Shown here one piece after another: positions 47,858 through 56,921 of a stretch of 64,000 bases of DNA. The translations under genes and the position numbers were made by a program. The stretch spans positions 3,136,001 to 3,200,000 of the forward strand of contig OZ241744.1 in NCBI GenBank assembly GCA_965200965.1, read 5' to 3'. A model generated the notes under the pieces. That model saw nothing but the letters and a program-made list of their open reading frames with translations, was not told the DNA's origin and did no database searches. How positions within the stretch are numbered: position 1 is the stretch's first letter; every line of letters begins with the position of its first letter. Source of the stretch: an uncultured Candidatus Binatia bacterium (lineage in GTDB: Bacteria; Desulfobacterota; Binatia; Bin18).

Positions 47858-50800
47858 ATGTTGCTCATGCCTCAGACAGGCACCACGCCCCTGCAAAACC
47901 GCCTCGTGCTGCACCGCTTTGTCTGTCGGGAGTTCGGCTATGAGGACATGCCGGCCATGCTGGACCGGCTGCGCAACGTGCCGGCCCGGCTTGACCCCAG
48001 TGGCGAGAGCGAGTACGCCCGCGCCCTGTACCTGAACCCGGATCGCGCTACAGTCAGCCCCGAGCATCTGGCCACCTACGACGCCAACATCACGGCCCAC
48101 AGCCGCCGGCTGCGCCTGGCCGGCGAACACGGGCGGACCTGGAAGCCCTATCAGTACCTCGCCCTGCTGTTCACCGAACACTACCTGTGCCGCTATTTTG
48201 ACGACCCCGAAGGGCTGCGGGCTGCGCTGAACGCGGCCAGAGGGCTTGACCCGGCCATGCCCGAGTATACGCCCGAGGAACTGCGCACCCTGGCCTTTCA
48301 GAGCGCCACCGGCTCGGGCAAGACCCTCCTCATGCACGCCCACATCCTGCAATTCCAACACTACCGCAAGCGGGCCGGCCAGCCGCTCAACAACATCGTC
48401 CTGCTGACACCCAACGAGCAGATGTCGGGCCAGCACGAACGCGAGTTGCGGGCCAGCGGCCTGTCGGCGCGCCTGTTCTCTGCCGAAGCCGGGGCCGAGC
48501 TGTTCTCACCCATCGAGATCATTGACCTGAACAAGCTGGCCGAAAAGACGGGCGTCAAGCGGGTGGCTGTGCAGGACTTTGGCGACAATAACCTTGTACT
48601 GGTTGATGAAGGACACCTGGGCGCGTCCGGCAAGGTGTGGCGCGAGCGGCGCAAGGAGTTGTCCCGCGGCGGCTTTACCTTTGAGTATTCGGCCACCTTC
48701 AACCAGATCGCCACCAAGAAGGAAGCCGACCTGCTCAATGCCTACGGCAAATGCCTGCTGTTTGACTACGCCTACCGCCAGTTTCACGACGACGGCTACG
48801 GCAAGGACTACGCCATCTCCAACCTGCCGGAGGACGCCGGCAACCGCATGTACCTGCTCGGCTGCCTGCTGACCTTTTACCAGCAGTGCCGCATCTGGCG
48901 GGACAAAGGCGCGGGCTGGGCGGCCTTCAACCTCGCCAAGCCGCTGTGGGTCTTTCTGGGCAAAACCGTCACCGGCTCCAGCCAGACCAACGTCCAGACC
49001 AGGTCTGACGTTGCGCTCATCCTGGACTTCCTGGCCTGGGTGCTGGCACACGGGCAGGCGGTCCGGCCCATGCTTGCCCGCCTGCTGGCCGGTCAATCCG
49101 GCCTGTCTGACGAGCGGGGCCGGGAGTATTTTGCCGGCCGCTTCGCCTATCTCACCCAGCAAGGAGTGAACGTGTCATCAGATCGACAGGAGGGCGACAC
49201 GTTCACTCCTTCCCGCGCCGGCGACCTGTACGCCGATATGTGTCAACTCCTGTTCCACGGCCAGGGCCGGCTCCATGTCGTCTATCTGACCGCCGGCGAA
49301 GGTGAACTGCACCTGCGCAGCGCCGATAACCCGGTGTTCGGCGTGGTCAACATCGGCGACGCCGCGGCCCTCTACAGCCTGCTGACCGAACAGGCGAACC
49401 CCGACCTGTCCACCGAGCGGGAAGCCGGCTTTGCCGAGCGGCTGTTCGCCGACATGGACCGGCCGGACTCGCCGGTCAACATGGTCATTGGCGCACGGCG
49501 CTTTATTGCCGGCTGGAACTCCTGGCGGGTCAGCACAATGGGGCTGATGCATGTCGGGGTGGGCGAAGGGCCGGAGATCATCCAGATGTTCGGCCGCGGC
49601 GTGCGGCTCAAAGGCTGGAAGGCCGGCCTCAAACGCCACCGCCACAGCGCAGTGCCGCCGCCCAAGGACAGCGCCGAGCTGGCCGAACTGGAAACGCTGT
49701 ACATCTTCGGGCTGCGTGCCAACTATATGCAGACCTTCCGCGACCTGCTGCACAAAGAGGGGATGCGGGTGGAGCGGGAAACCGTCAGGCTGCCCGTGAC
49801 CTGGAACCTGGGCCAGCGGCCAGACCTGAAACTGCTCCGTATCCGGGCCGACCAGCAGTTTGAATGCTCCGACGAGCACCCGGTCCTGCCCAACCCTGAT
49901 GAGCCGGGCCGGCCGCTGGTGACGCTGGACCTGTACGCCCGGTTGCAGGCCGTGGCCTCCGGGGCAGCACCGGCCGGCCCCATTCAGCACCAGACCCCGG
50001 TTACACTTGAGCCGCGCCATACCGGCTTTTTCAACTACAGCCGGCTCTACGACGCGCTGCTGAGGCAAAAGCAGCACAAGGGCTGGCACAACCTGCGTAT
50101 CAGGCCAGAGACAGTTGAGCGTCTGTTGCAGGATAGCGGCTGGTACAAGCTGTACATGCCGGCGGAGCGCCTGAATGTGGCCGATTTTCAGGGCGTGAGG
50201 GCGCTGGAAGACATCGCGCTTGCGCTCATCACCGCCTATGCTGATCAGTTCTGGCGCGCTCAGCGCCGGCGCTGGGAGAGCGACAACATGGAGGTGGTCA
50301 GGCTGGACGAGGCTGACCCCAACAATGTGCGGACCTACGAGTTGTCGGTGGATGCCGCCCACAGCCGGCTGATCGACGACCTGCGCCAACTGGCGGCAAA
50401 TGTCAGGGAAGGTTATTGCGCGAGCCTGCAACTCGGCGTCATGCTGGCCGGGGCGCACGCCTATCAGCCGCTTGTGTACGCCGGGGAGGGCTGCCAAGTC
50501 AGCGTCCGGCCGCTGGCCCTGGACGAGCATGAGAAACTGACGGTCGAGAAACTCGCGGCACTGGCCGAGGGCCGGGACCCATGTCTCGGCGGCAGAGATC
50601 TGTATCTGATCCGTAACCTGAGCCGGGGCCGGGGCGTATCGTTTTTTGACGACTTCGGCTATTACCCCGACTTCATCGTCTGGCTGAAAAACCCGGACTG
50701 CCAGCACATCATTTTTCTTGACCCCAAAGGCTTGGGCCGGTTCGGGGGCAGAGAGCGCCGAAAGGTCGAGTTGCACCGCACCATCAAAGCCCTTGAAGAG

Positions 50801-50977
50801 CGGATTCGGAAAACCGACCCCGACCTGCGCCTGCACGCCTACGTCCTGTCCGTCACCCCGGCACACGAGATTGACGACGGCAGCCGCCCTGCCTCCGCCT
50901 GGCAGAACGCCGGCGTCTATTTCCTGGAGGAACCCGATTGCCTGAAGCGGGTGATTGAGCACGCCTTGGGCGCGTAG
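47858..50977 (+). CDS. res: Type III restriction endonuclease/helicase (Res)
   Basis: SATGSGKT, LVDEGH, FEYSATF, IQMFGRGVRL, C-terminal YYPDFIVW...FLDPKG nuclease. Confidence 0.9.
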   Translation: MLLMPQTGTTPLQNRLVLHRFVCREFGYEDMPAMLDRLRNVPARLDPSGESEYARALYLNPDRATVSPEHLATYDANITAHSRRLRLAGEHGRTWKPYQYLALLFTEHYLCRYFDDPEGLRAALNAARGLDPAMPEYTPEELRTLAFQSATGSGKTLLMHAHILQFQHYRKRAGQPLNNIVLLTPNEQMSGQHERELRASGLSARLFSAEAGAELFSPIEIIDLNKLAEKTGVKRVAVQDFGDNNLVLVDEGHLGASGKVWRERRKELSRGGFTFEYSATFNQIATKKEADLLNAYGKCLLFDYAYRQFHDDGYGKDYAISNLPEDAGNRMYLLGCLLTFYQQCRIWRDKGAGWAAFNLAKPLWVFLGKTVTGSSQTNVQTRSDVALILDFLAWVLAHGQAVRPMLARLLAGQSGLSDERGREYFAGRFAYLTQQGVNVSSDRQEGDTFTPSRAGDLYADMCQLLFHGQGRLHVVYLTAGEGELHLRSADNPVFGVVNIGDAAALYSLLTEQANPDLSTEREAGFAERLFADMDRPDSPVNMVIGARRFIAGWNSWRVSTMGLMHVGVGEGPEIIQMFGRGVRLKGWKAGLKRHRHSAVPPPKDSAELAELETLYIFGLRANYMQTFRDLLHKEGMRVERETVRLPVTWNLGQRPDLKLLRIRADQQFECSDEHPVLPNPDEPGRPLVTLDLYARLQAVASGAAPAGPIQHQTPVTLEPRHTGFFNYSRLYDALLRQKQHKGWHNLRIRPETVERLLQDSGWYKLYMPAERLNVADFQGVRALEDIALALITAYADQFWRAQRRRWESDNMEVVRLDEADPNNVRTYELSVDAAHSRLIDDLRQLAANVREGYCASLQLGVMLAGAHAYQPLVYAGEGCQVSVRPLALDEHEKLTVEKLAALAEGRDPCLGGRDLYLIRNLSRGRGVSFFDDFGYYPDFIVWLKNPDCQHIIFLDPKGLGRFGGRERRKVELHRTIKALEERIRKTDPDLRLHAYVLSVTPAHEIDDGSRPASAWQNAGVYFLEEPDCLKRVIEHALGA
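49161..49211 (+). repeat. 51-bp palindromic element, copy C, in frame inside res
   Basis: AAGGAGTGAACGTGTC atcagatcgacaggagggc GACACGTTCACTCCTT (perfect 16-bp arms). Confidence 0.92.
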
Positions 50978-51009
50978 CCGTCGCCCGGGTCAACCACGGG
51001 CACGGCCCG

Positions 51010-51383
51010 ACACCAGGCCGCCGGCAACTCTACGGTGAGCTCGCGCCCGAGCCGGCGCAGGGCTTTGTGAATACGGTTTACGGTAGTGTGACGGCGCAGG
51101 TCAAGCAGCTGCCGGACCACTTTGGCGCAGGGTGACAAGCGGCTGTCACGAAAGGCAAGCGCGAGGGCAGGCTTTGCCGCCATGTCGGGCATGTCGGGGG
51201 GCACACTGATGAGCCGCTCGCCGGTGCGTCGTCGGCAATGCGGCCGGCGACGGCTTCCTCCAGCGCGTCCCGGGCCTCGGCTTTGTCGGCCCCGGAGGTG
51301 AGACACTCGGGCAGGTCTCTGAATGAGACAATGAGTTGGCCCGAGCTATAGGGCTGAAGCCGTGCCGGGTAGCGGAACTGCAT
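51010..51383 (-). pseudogene. Frameshifted HicB-family antitoxin
   Basis: MQFRYPARL...VSFRDLPECLTSG...ARDALEEAVAGRI, then in another frame AAKPAL...VRQLLDLRRHT...KALRRLGREL; no hicA seen. Confidence 0.75.
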
Positions 51384-51416
51384 GGCTCTCTCCTTACTCA
51401 CGCGGGGCCCGTATTG

Positions 51417-52451
51417 TCAGCCCTCCCTCAGCGGCGGGTCGGCGATTTTCAGCAGTTGCTTGCCCAGGTTTTTGCCCTCAAACAGACGCAGGAAGGTACG
51501 CGGGGCGTTGGCAAAGCCGGTCTGGATGTCTTCCTGGTGGACGAGCTGCCGGCTGTCGAGCCAGGTCCGCAGTTCTTGCACTGCCTCGGCAAAACGCGGG
51601 TAATAATCGACCAGAATAAAGCCCTCCATACGCGCCCGCTGAAGAATCAGATTGAAATAGTTTCTGGGGCCGGGCTGGAGGGCTTCGTCGTTGTAGCGGG
51701 AGATGCCGCCACACAGCACGATGCGTGCCTTCATCGCAATCTGGGCCAGGGCCGCATCCAGAATCTGGCCGCCAACATTATCAAAAAAGAGGTGGATGCC
51801 GTCCGGGCACAGCTCCCGCAGCCGGCCGGCGACATCTTCGGACTTGTAGTCAATCGCCGCGTCAAAACGGGCCGTCTCGGTCAGCCAGGTACACTTGTCC
51901 GGCCCGCCGGCAATGCCAACCACCCGGCAGCCCTTGATTCTGGCGATCTGCCCGGCAATAGAGCCGGTCGCCCCCGCCGCCCCGGACACCACACAGGTCT
52001 CCCCGGCCTTGGGCTGGCCGATATCGAGCACCCCAAAATAGGCGGTCAGGCCGGTGATGCCGAGCACCCCGAGCGGGGCGGTCAGCGATGTCCCAGGGGG
52101 GATTTTTGAAGCCGGCATCAGGCCGCCCTTGCCGGTGGTAACGGCGTAGTCCTGCCAGCCAAAGCCGCCCTGCACATAGTCCCCGGGCTGATAGTCGGGA
52201 TGTCTGGAAGCCGCCACCTGTCCGGTGGTGACGGCCCGCATGACCTCGCCGAGCTGGATCGGCGGAATATAGCTGGGCCGGTCATCCATCCAGCCCCGCA
52301 TGGCCGGTTCAAAAGCAATGTAGCAGTTACGGACCAGGAACTGGCCATCGTCCAACTCTGGAACAGGCGCTTCATGATACTCAAAATCGGACGCTTTGAC
52401 CATGCCCCGGGGGCGGGCGGCCAGCAGCCATTGGCGGTTCATCTGGGTCAT
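51417..52451 (-). CDS. NADP-dependent oxidoreductase (CurA/prostaglandin reductase-like)
   Basis: NRQWLLAARPRG, GLTAYFG, VSGAAGATGS, FDNVGG, GKNLGKQL. Confidence 0.92.
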   Translation of the reverse strand: MTQMNRQWLLAARPRGMVKASDFEYHEAPVPELDDGQFLVRNCYIAFEPAMRGWMDDRPSYIPPIQLGEVMRAVTTGQVAASRHPDYQPGDYVQGGFGWQDYAVTTGKGGLMPASKIPPGTSLTAPLGVLGITGLTAYFGVLDIGQPKAGETCVVSGAAGATGSIAGQIARIKGCRVVGIAGGPDKCTWLTETARFDAAIDYKSEDVAGRLRELCPDGIHLFFDNVGGQILDAALAQIAMKARIVLCGGISRYNDEALQPGPRNYFNLILQRARMEGFILVDYYPRFAEAVQELRTWLDSRQLVHQEDIQTGFANAPRTFLRLFEGKNLGKQLLKIADPPLREG

Positions 52452-52483
52452 TGTTTCCTCCTTGGAGTATTCGTCGGCGTGCT

Positions 52484-53329
52484 TCACAGGCCGGCAAAGT
52501 AGGCGCGGACAATCCGCGCCACCTCGTCCGGCCTCTCCATCGGCAAAAAATGGCTGGTGTCCGGGACCGTGACCAGGCTGGCGCGGGGAATGCGCCGGGC
52601 GGCACGCTCGGCAATGGCGAACAGCGGCGGGTCTGTTTGCGCGCCGCGGATGACTACCGTCGGACAGTCCACCCGGCTCAGCGGGGTGTACAGGTCGGCA
52701 AGCGGGGCCTGGGCGAAGACATGGGCTTCTACCCTGACCGGACATTTGAGCTGGATACGTCCGTCGGGCAGGTCGGCCGTGCCGTGGGTGACATAATCCC
52801 ACAGGATCGCTTCCTGCCAGCCGGCAAAGGTGGCTTTGGTCCGGTAGGCGTCAAACAACTGTTGGCGTGAGTCCCACACTTCCCGCCGGCGCAAGGTCTG
52901 CTCAACAAGCGGTCGCTCGGTCGGAGAGGCCGGCCGCAGTTCAGGCGGAAAGGTCACCGGCTCAAGCAGGGCCAAGCCCTTCACCCGGCCATGCTGGTTG
53001 GCCGCGTAGCCGGCCAGCAGGGCCGCCCCGCCGGAATGGCCCAGCCCATAAAAATCACCCAGCCGCAACTCGGCAACCGTCGCGGCGACATCCCGGGCCA
53101 TGTCCTGCCAGTGGGTGTCTCGGAGGGCCGGCTTGTCGCTGTCGCCCTGACCACGCAGGTCAAGGGTATACACCTGGTAGGCGTCTTCAAGGTGCCGGAT
53201 CAACTCCCGGTAGACCTGGCCAAGAAAACCGTTGGCATGCACCAGCAGCAGGGCCGGCCCGGCACCGCCCCAGTCGGCAACATGGAGTTTGACACCGCCC
53301 ACCTCAATGAATTGGCTGCGGGGCTTCAT
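52484..53329 (-). CDS. Alpha/beta hydrolase
   Basis: HANGF, DLRGQGDS, GHSGG nucleophile elbow, SHFLPME. Confidence 0.9.
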   Translation of the reverse strand: MKPRSQFIEVGGVKLHVADWGGAGPALLLVHANGFLGQVYRELIRHLEDAYQVYTLDLRGQGDSDKPALRDTHWQDMARDVAATVAELRLGDFYGLGHSGGAALLAGYAANQHGRVKGLALLEPVTFPPELRPASPTERPLVEQTLRRREVWDSRQQLFDAYRTKATFAGWQEAILWDYVTHGTADLPDGRIQLKCPVRVEAHVFAQAPLADLYTPLSRVDCPTVVIRGAQTDPPLFAIAERAARRIPRASLVTVPDTSHFLPMERPDEVARIVRAYFAGL

Positions 53330-53335
53330 AGCGTT

Positions 53336-53386
53336 AAGGACGGAACGTGTCGTCAGAGCAAATGGAAGGCGACATGTTCCGCCCTC
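53336..53386 (+). repeat. 51-bp palindromic element, copy D, just upstream of the hydrolase start
   Basis: AAGGACGGAACGTGTC gtcagagcaaatggaaggc GACATGTTCCGCCCTC. Confidence 0.88.
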
Positions 53387-53525
53387 GTGGTGTAAACCAC
53401 GCGCTGGCATTTGTCCAGTACGCAGCTTCAGCTTCGAATCGGGGGCCGTATCCCTTGCGCAGACCCCCGGCCTTTAGTAAGAGGTGTACTGAATGCCGAA
53501 CGATCGTATGAAGGAGGACCAGCGT

Positions 53526-53912
53526 ATGAGTGCCCACGAGATCGAAGCCCTCACCAGAGAGTTCTTTGACACTTTCAGCCGCAACGACATGGCCGCGGCG
53601 GCAAGCATGTTGTCCGATGACCTTGAGGTCATTGACCATGTGCCCTATCGGTTTGACACCAAGCAGGAGTTTGTCGAGTTTCTCCACAGCGCAATGGCCG
53701 GCATTGAGGCCGGAACCTTTGGCTGTCGGCAACTGTCGTGCCGGGTGTTCAATGACAACGGGGCGGTGGCCAACACCTACGACACCTTTTCGGGCGTGGG
53801 CAAAAACGGCAAACCCATGAGCTCCCACGGCCGCACCACCCTGGTGTTTGCCAAAGAAGGCGGCCAGTGGAAGATTGTCAGTTGCCACTTCTCGCCGCTG
53901 CCCAGCCACTAA
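53526..53912 (+). CDS. SnoaL/NTF2-like protein, paralogue 1
   Basis: GGAGG RBS; GRTTLVF..EGGQWKIVSCHFS. Confidence 0.85.
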   Translation: MSAHEIEALTREFFDTFSRNDMAAAASMLSDDLEVIDHVPYRFDTKQEFVEFLHSAMAGIEAGTFGCRQLSCRVFNDNGAVANTYDTFSGVGKNGKPMSSHGRTTLVFAKEGGQWKIVSCHFSPLPSH

Positions 53913-53943
53913 ACGCGATATCCCTTTTCAAGGAGGACCGCCC

Positions 53944-54327
53944 ATGAGTGCAGAAATTGAGGCCCTGGCCCACGAATTTTTCGCCGCCTTCACCAGAAAC
54001 GATATCCAGGCCGCCCTGGATATGCTGTCTGACGACCTGGAGGTCATTGATCATGTGCCCTATCGGTTTGACACCAAGCGGGAGTTTGCCGGGTTTCTCC
54101 ACGGCGCGATGGCCGGCATTGAGTCGAATACCTCGGCCATACGGCAGCTCTCGTGCCGGGTGTTCAACGACAGCCTGGCCGTTGCCAACGGCTACGACAC
54201 CTTCAGCGGGGTGACAAAAAGCGGACAGGGCCAGAACCTGAACGGCCGCACCACCCTGGTGTTTGCCAAAGAAGGTGGCCAGTGGAAGATCGTCAGCTGT
54301 CATTTTTCGCCGCTGCCGACGCACTAG
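53944..54327 (+). CDS. SnoaL/NTF2-like protein, paralogue 2
   Basis: GGAGG RBS; highly similar to the upstream gene. Confidence 0.85.
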   Translation: MSAEIEALAHEFFAAFTRNDIQAALDMLSDDLEVIDHVPYRFDTKREFAGFLHGAMAGIESNTSAIRQLSCRVFNDSLAVANGYDTFSGVTKSGQGQNLNGRTTLVFAKEGGQWKIVSCHFSPLPTH

Positions 54328-54385
54328 CCGCGTTCGGAATAAGCAGGGGGCCTCTGTCAGAGGCAGCGTCAAGGAGGACAAACGG

Positions 54386-55147
54386 ATGGCAGACATGTTG
54401 AAAGACAAGGTGGTGCTCATCACCGGCGGGAGTTCGGGCATTGGCCGGGCGACCGCCCTGGCCTGTGCCCGCGAGGGGGCCAGGGTGGCGGTTGCCGACA
54501 TCGTGGTGGCCGGCGGCCAAGAGACCGTCCGGCAGATCAAAGAGGCCGGTGGCGAGGCCCTGTTCATCCAAGCCGATATGACCCGGGCGAGCGACCTCGA
54601 GGCGATGGTCACCACCGTCGTCAAGACCTGTGGGCGGCTTGACTGCGCCCACAACAACGCCGGCATTGAGGGCGCGTTGGGCAAGACCGCCGACTACGAC
54701 GAGGCGGCCTGGGACCAAGTCATCGCCATCAACCTGACCGGGGTATGGCTGTGCATGAAATACGAGATTCCGGCCATGCTCAACACCGGCGGCGGAGCGA
54801 TTGTCAACACCGCCTCGGCCGCCGGCCTGCTGGGCGTGCCGCATATGCCGGCCTACGCGGCCAGCAAACACGGCGTGATCGGTCTGAGCAAGACGGCCGC
54901 CCTGGAATACGCCAAGGCCGGCGTCCGGGTCAACGCGGTGTGCCCGGGCATTATTCAAACCCCGATGGTAGAACGGCTGACTGGCGAGCGGCCGGGCATG
55001 TTTGAAAAAATCGCTACCGCCGAGCCGGTCGGGCGGGTTGGCCAGCCGGAGGAAATCGCCGAGTCGGTGGTCTGGCTGTGTTCGGACGCAGCCTCTTTTG
55101 TGACCGGTCACGCCATGTCGGTTGACGGCGGCGTTGTGGCCCAGTGA
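54386..55147 (+). CDS. SDR family oxidoreductase
   Basis: TGGSSGIG, NNAG, YAASK, NAVCPG, VDGG. Confidence 0.93.
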   Translation: MADMLKDKVVLITGGSSGIGRATALACAREGARVAVADIVVAGGQETVRQIKEAGGEALFIQADMTRASDLEAMVTTVVKTCGRLDCAHNNAGIEGALGKTADYDEAAWDQVIAINLTGVWLCMKYEIPAMLNTGGGAIVNTASAAGLLGVPHMPAYAASKHGVIGLSKTAALEYAKAGVRVNAVCPGIIQTPMVERLTGERPGMFEKIATAEPVGRVGQPEEIAESVVWLCSDAASFVTGHAMSVDGGVVAQ

Positions 55148-55164
55148 AGACAACGGAGGCACAC

Positions 55165-56058
55165 ATGCGGTACGGCGTACACATAGGCGGCGGCGCGGTC
55201 ATGGGCAAGCCCTCAGCCGCCCGGCAGATTGGCGAACTGGCCGACGAACTCGGCTACGACGGCATTGTCACCGGCGACCATATCACCATTCCCAAACAGA
55301 TCGGCTCAACCTACCCGTATACCAAACTGGCCGAGTCAATGGGCTACAACCCCTATGCGGTATTCACCAGCATGGATTGGCTGGACGCCTTTACGGTGCT
55401 CGGCCTGTTGGTGCCAGTGACCAAGACGGTCCGCCTGGGCACGAGCGTCACGATTGTGCCCTACCGCCACCCCCTGGATATGGCCCGGGTGGTGGCCAGC
55501 CTGGATGTAGCTTCCGGCGGACGGATTATTTTTGGGGCCGGCGTCGGCTGGATGCGCGAAGAGTTCGCCCTGCTCGGCGTGCCATACAAAGAGCGCGCGC
55601 CACGCACGCGCGAATATCTGCGCGTCATGCAGGAGGTCTGGACTAAGGACACCCCCCGCTTTGACGGCGCATACGTCCAGATCGACAAAGATCTGCACTT
55701 CGCCCCCAAGCCGGTCCAAAAGCCCCATCCGGCCATCTGGGTCGGCGGAGAATCCACCCCGGCCTTGAAACGGGTGGTTGAGTTCGGCTCGGGCTGGCAT
55801 ATCGGCCCGGTCGATATTGAAGATGTCCGGCCCCGCTTTGAGGAACTGCGGGGGCTGATGGAAGCCGCCGGCCGCAATTACGACGAGCTGGAGATTACCT
55901 GGATGGTCGATAACACGCGCACAGATGCGGCCGCCATCCGGGCCTATCGTGACCTGGGCGTCCATGGCTTATATGTGACCGCGGCCGCGGCCGACCCGGA
56001 CGAGGTGTGCGCGATCATGCGCGATTTTCCCAAGAAAGTGCAGGACGCGGTGGGCTGA
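55165..56058 (+). CDS. LLM class (probably F420-dependent) oxidoreductase
   Basis: GDHI, RLGTSVTIVPYRHP, GVGWMREEF, PKPVQKPHPAIWVGG. Confidence 0.9.
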   Translation: MRYGVHIGGGAVMGKPSAARQIGELADELGYDGIVTGDHITIPKQIGSTYPYTKLAESMGYNPYAVFTSMDWLDAFTVLGLLVPVTKTVRLGTSVTIVPYRHPLDMARVVASLDVASGGRIIFGAGVGWMREEFALLGVPYKERAPRTREYLRVMQEVWTKDTPRFDGAYVQIDKDLHFAPKPVQKPHPAIWVGGESTPALKRVVEFGSGWHIGPVDIEDVRPRFEELRGLMEAAGRNYDELEITWMVDNTRTDAAAIRAYRDLGVHGLYVTAAAADPDEVCAIMRDFPKKVQDAVG

Positions 56059-56069
56059 CCCGGCCATCG

Positions 56070-56105
56070 GACACAGCGGGCCGGGGCCGACCGGCCCGCT
56101 GTGTC
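56070..56105 (+). terminator. 15-bp perfect hairpin after the LLM gene
   Basis: GACACAGCGGGCCGG-ggccga-CCGGCCCGCTGTGTC; weak U tract. Confidence 0.55.
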
Positions 56106-56306
56106 AATTCGAATACCATCGGCCTGCTAGATTCTGAACACCACGCCCCCGCCGCTCTCCAGCCGACCGTTCTGACTACCCCAGCAAAATCAAGACCTTA
56201 GCGCGTGTCCGGCCAAGCCCACACGCCTGGCACGTTTTCTGCACACCCAAGGGACAGCCTTCTCTCCCCAGCGCAACGCTCGGGTCCCTCCTCCGGGCCT
56301 TGCCTC

Positions 56307-56341
56307 AAGCCCCCGGGGCCTCTGTTCCCGGGGGCTTTTTC
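56307..56341 (+). terminator. Intrinsic terminator upstream of the DUF420 gene
   Basis: AAGCCCCCGGG-loop-CCCGGGGGCTTTTT. Confidence 0.7.
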
Positions 56342-56376
56342 AGGCTCCTGTCATCAGATAGTGTGGGTAGCCGGCT

Positions 56377-56907
56377 ATGCTTACACCCACCCGCCGCACC
56401 CCGCTGAGTTGGACTGTGCCGCTGAGCGTCGCCATCAGCGTGTTTCTGCTGTGGTTGATCTACTGGAAGCCGGCCGCCACCAGCCAAGCCGGCTGGGTCA
56501 CGGCGCTGCCGGCCACCAACGCCCTGTGTAACGGGCTGAGCGCGGGCTGCCTGGTGGCAGGATTTGTGAACATCCGCCGCGGCCGGCGGACGGCCCACAT
56601 CCGCTGTATGCTGGGCGCGCTGGCGTGTTCCGGCCTGTTTCTGATAGGCTATGTTGTCTACCACCATTTTCATGGCGATACGCCGTTTCCGGGCCAGGGG
56701 CTTGTACGACCGCTCTACTTCACCATTCTCATCAGCCACATTGTCCTGTCCATCGTCGCCCTGCCGCTGGTCTTGACCACACTCTATTACGCCGCAACCG
56801 CCCAGTACCAGACCCACCGCCGGCTGGCCCGCTATACCTTGCCCATGTGGCTGTATGTCTCAGTCACCGGCGTGGCCGTGTTTTTCTTTTTGCGCGCCTA
56901 CACCTGA
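56377..56907 (+). CDS. DUF420 membrane protein
   Basis: LPATNALCN, HIRCML, YFTILISHIVLS, HRRLARYTLPMWLYVSVTG. Confidence 0.88.
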   Translation: MLTPTRRTPLSWTVPLSVAISVFLLWLIYWKPAATSQAGWVTALPATNALCNGLSAGCLVAGFVNIRRGRRTAHIRCMLGALACSGLFLIGYVVYHHFHGDTPFPGQGLVRPLYFTILISHIVLSIVALPLVLTTLYYAATAQYQTHRRLARYTLPMWLYVSVTGVAVFFFLRAYT

Positions 56908-56921
56908 ACCGGGATGGAGCC

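Noticed and set aside
41104-51400. Prophage or active integrative element
   Set aside because: No integrase, phage structural, replication or conjugation genes
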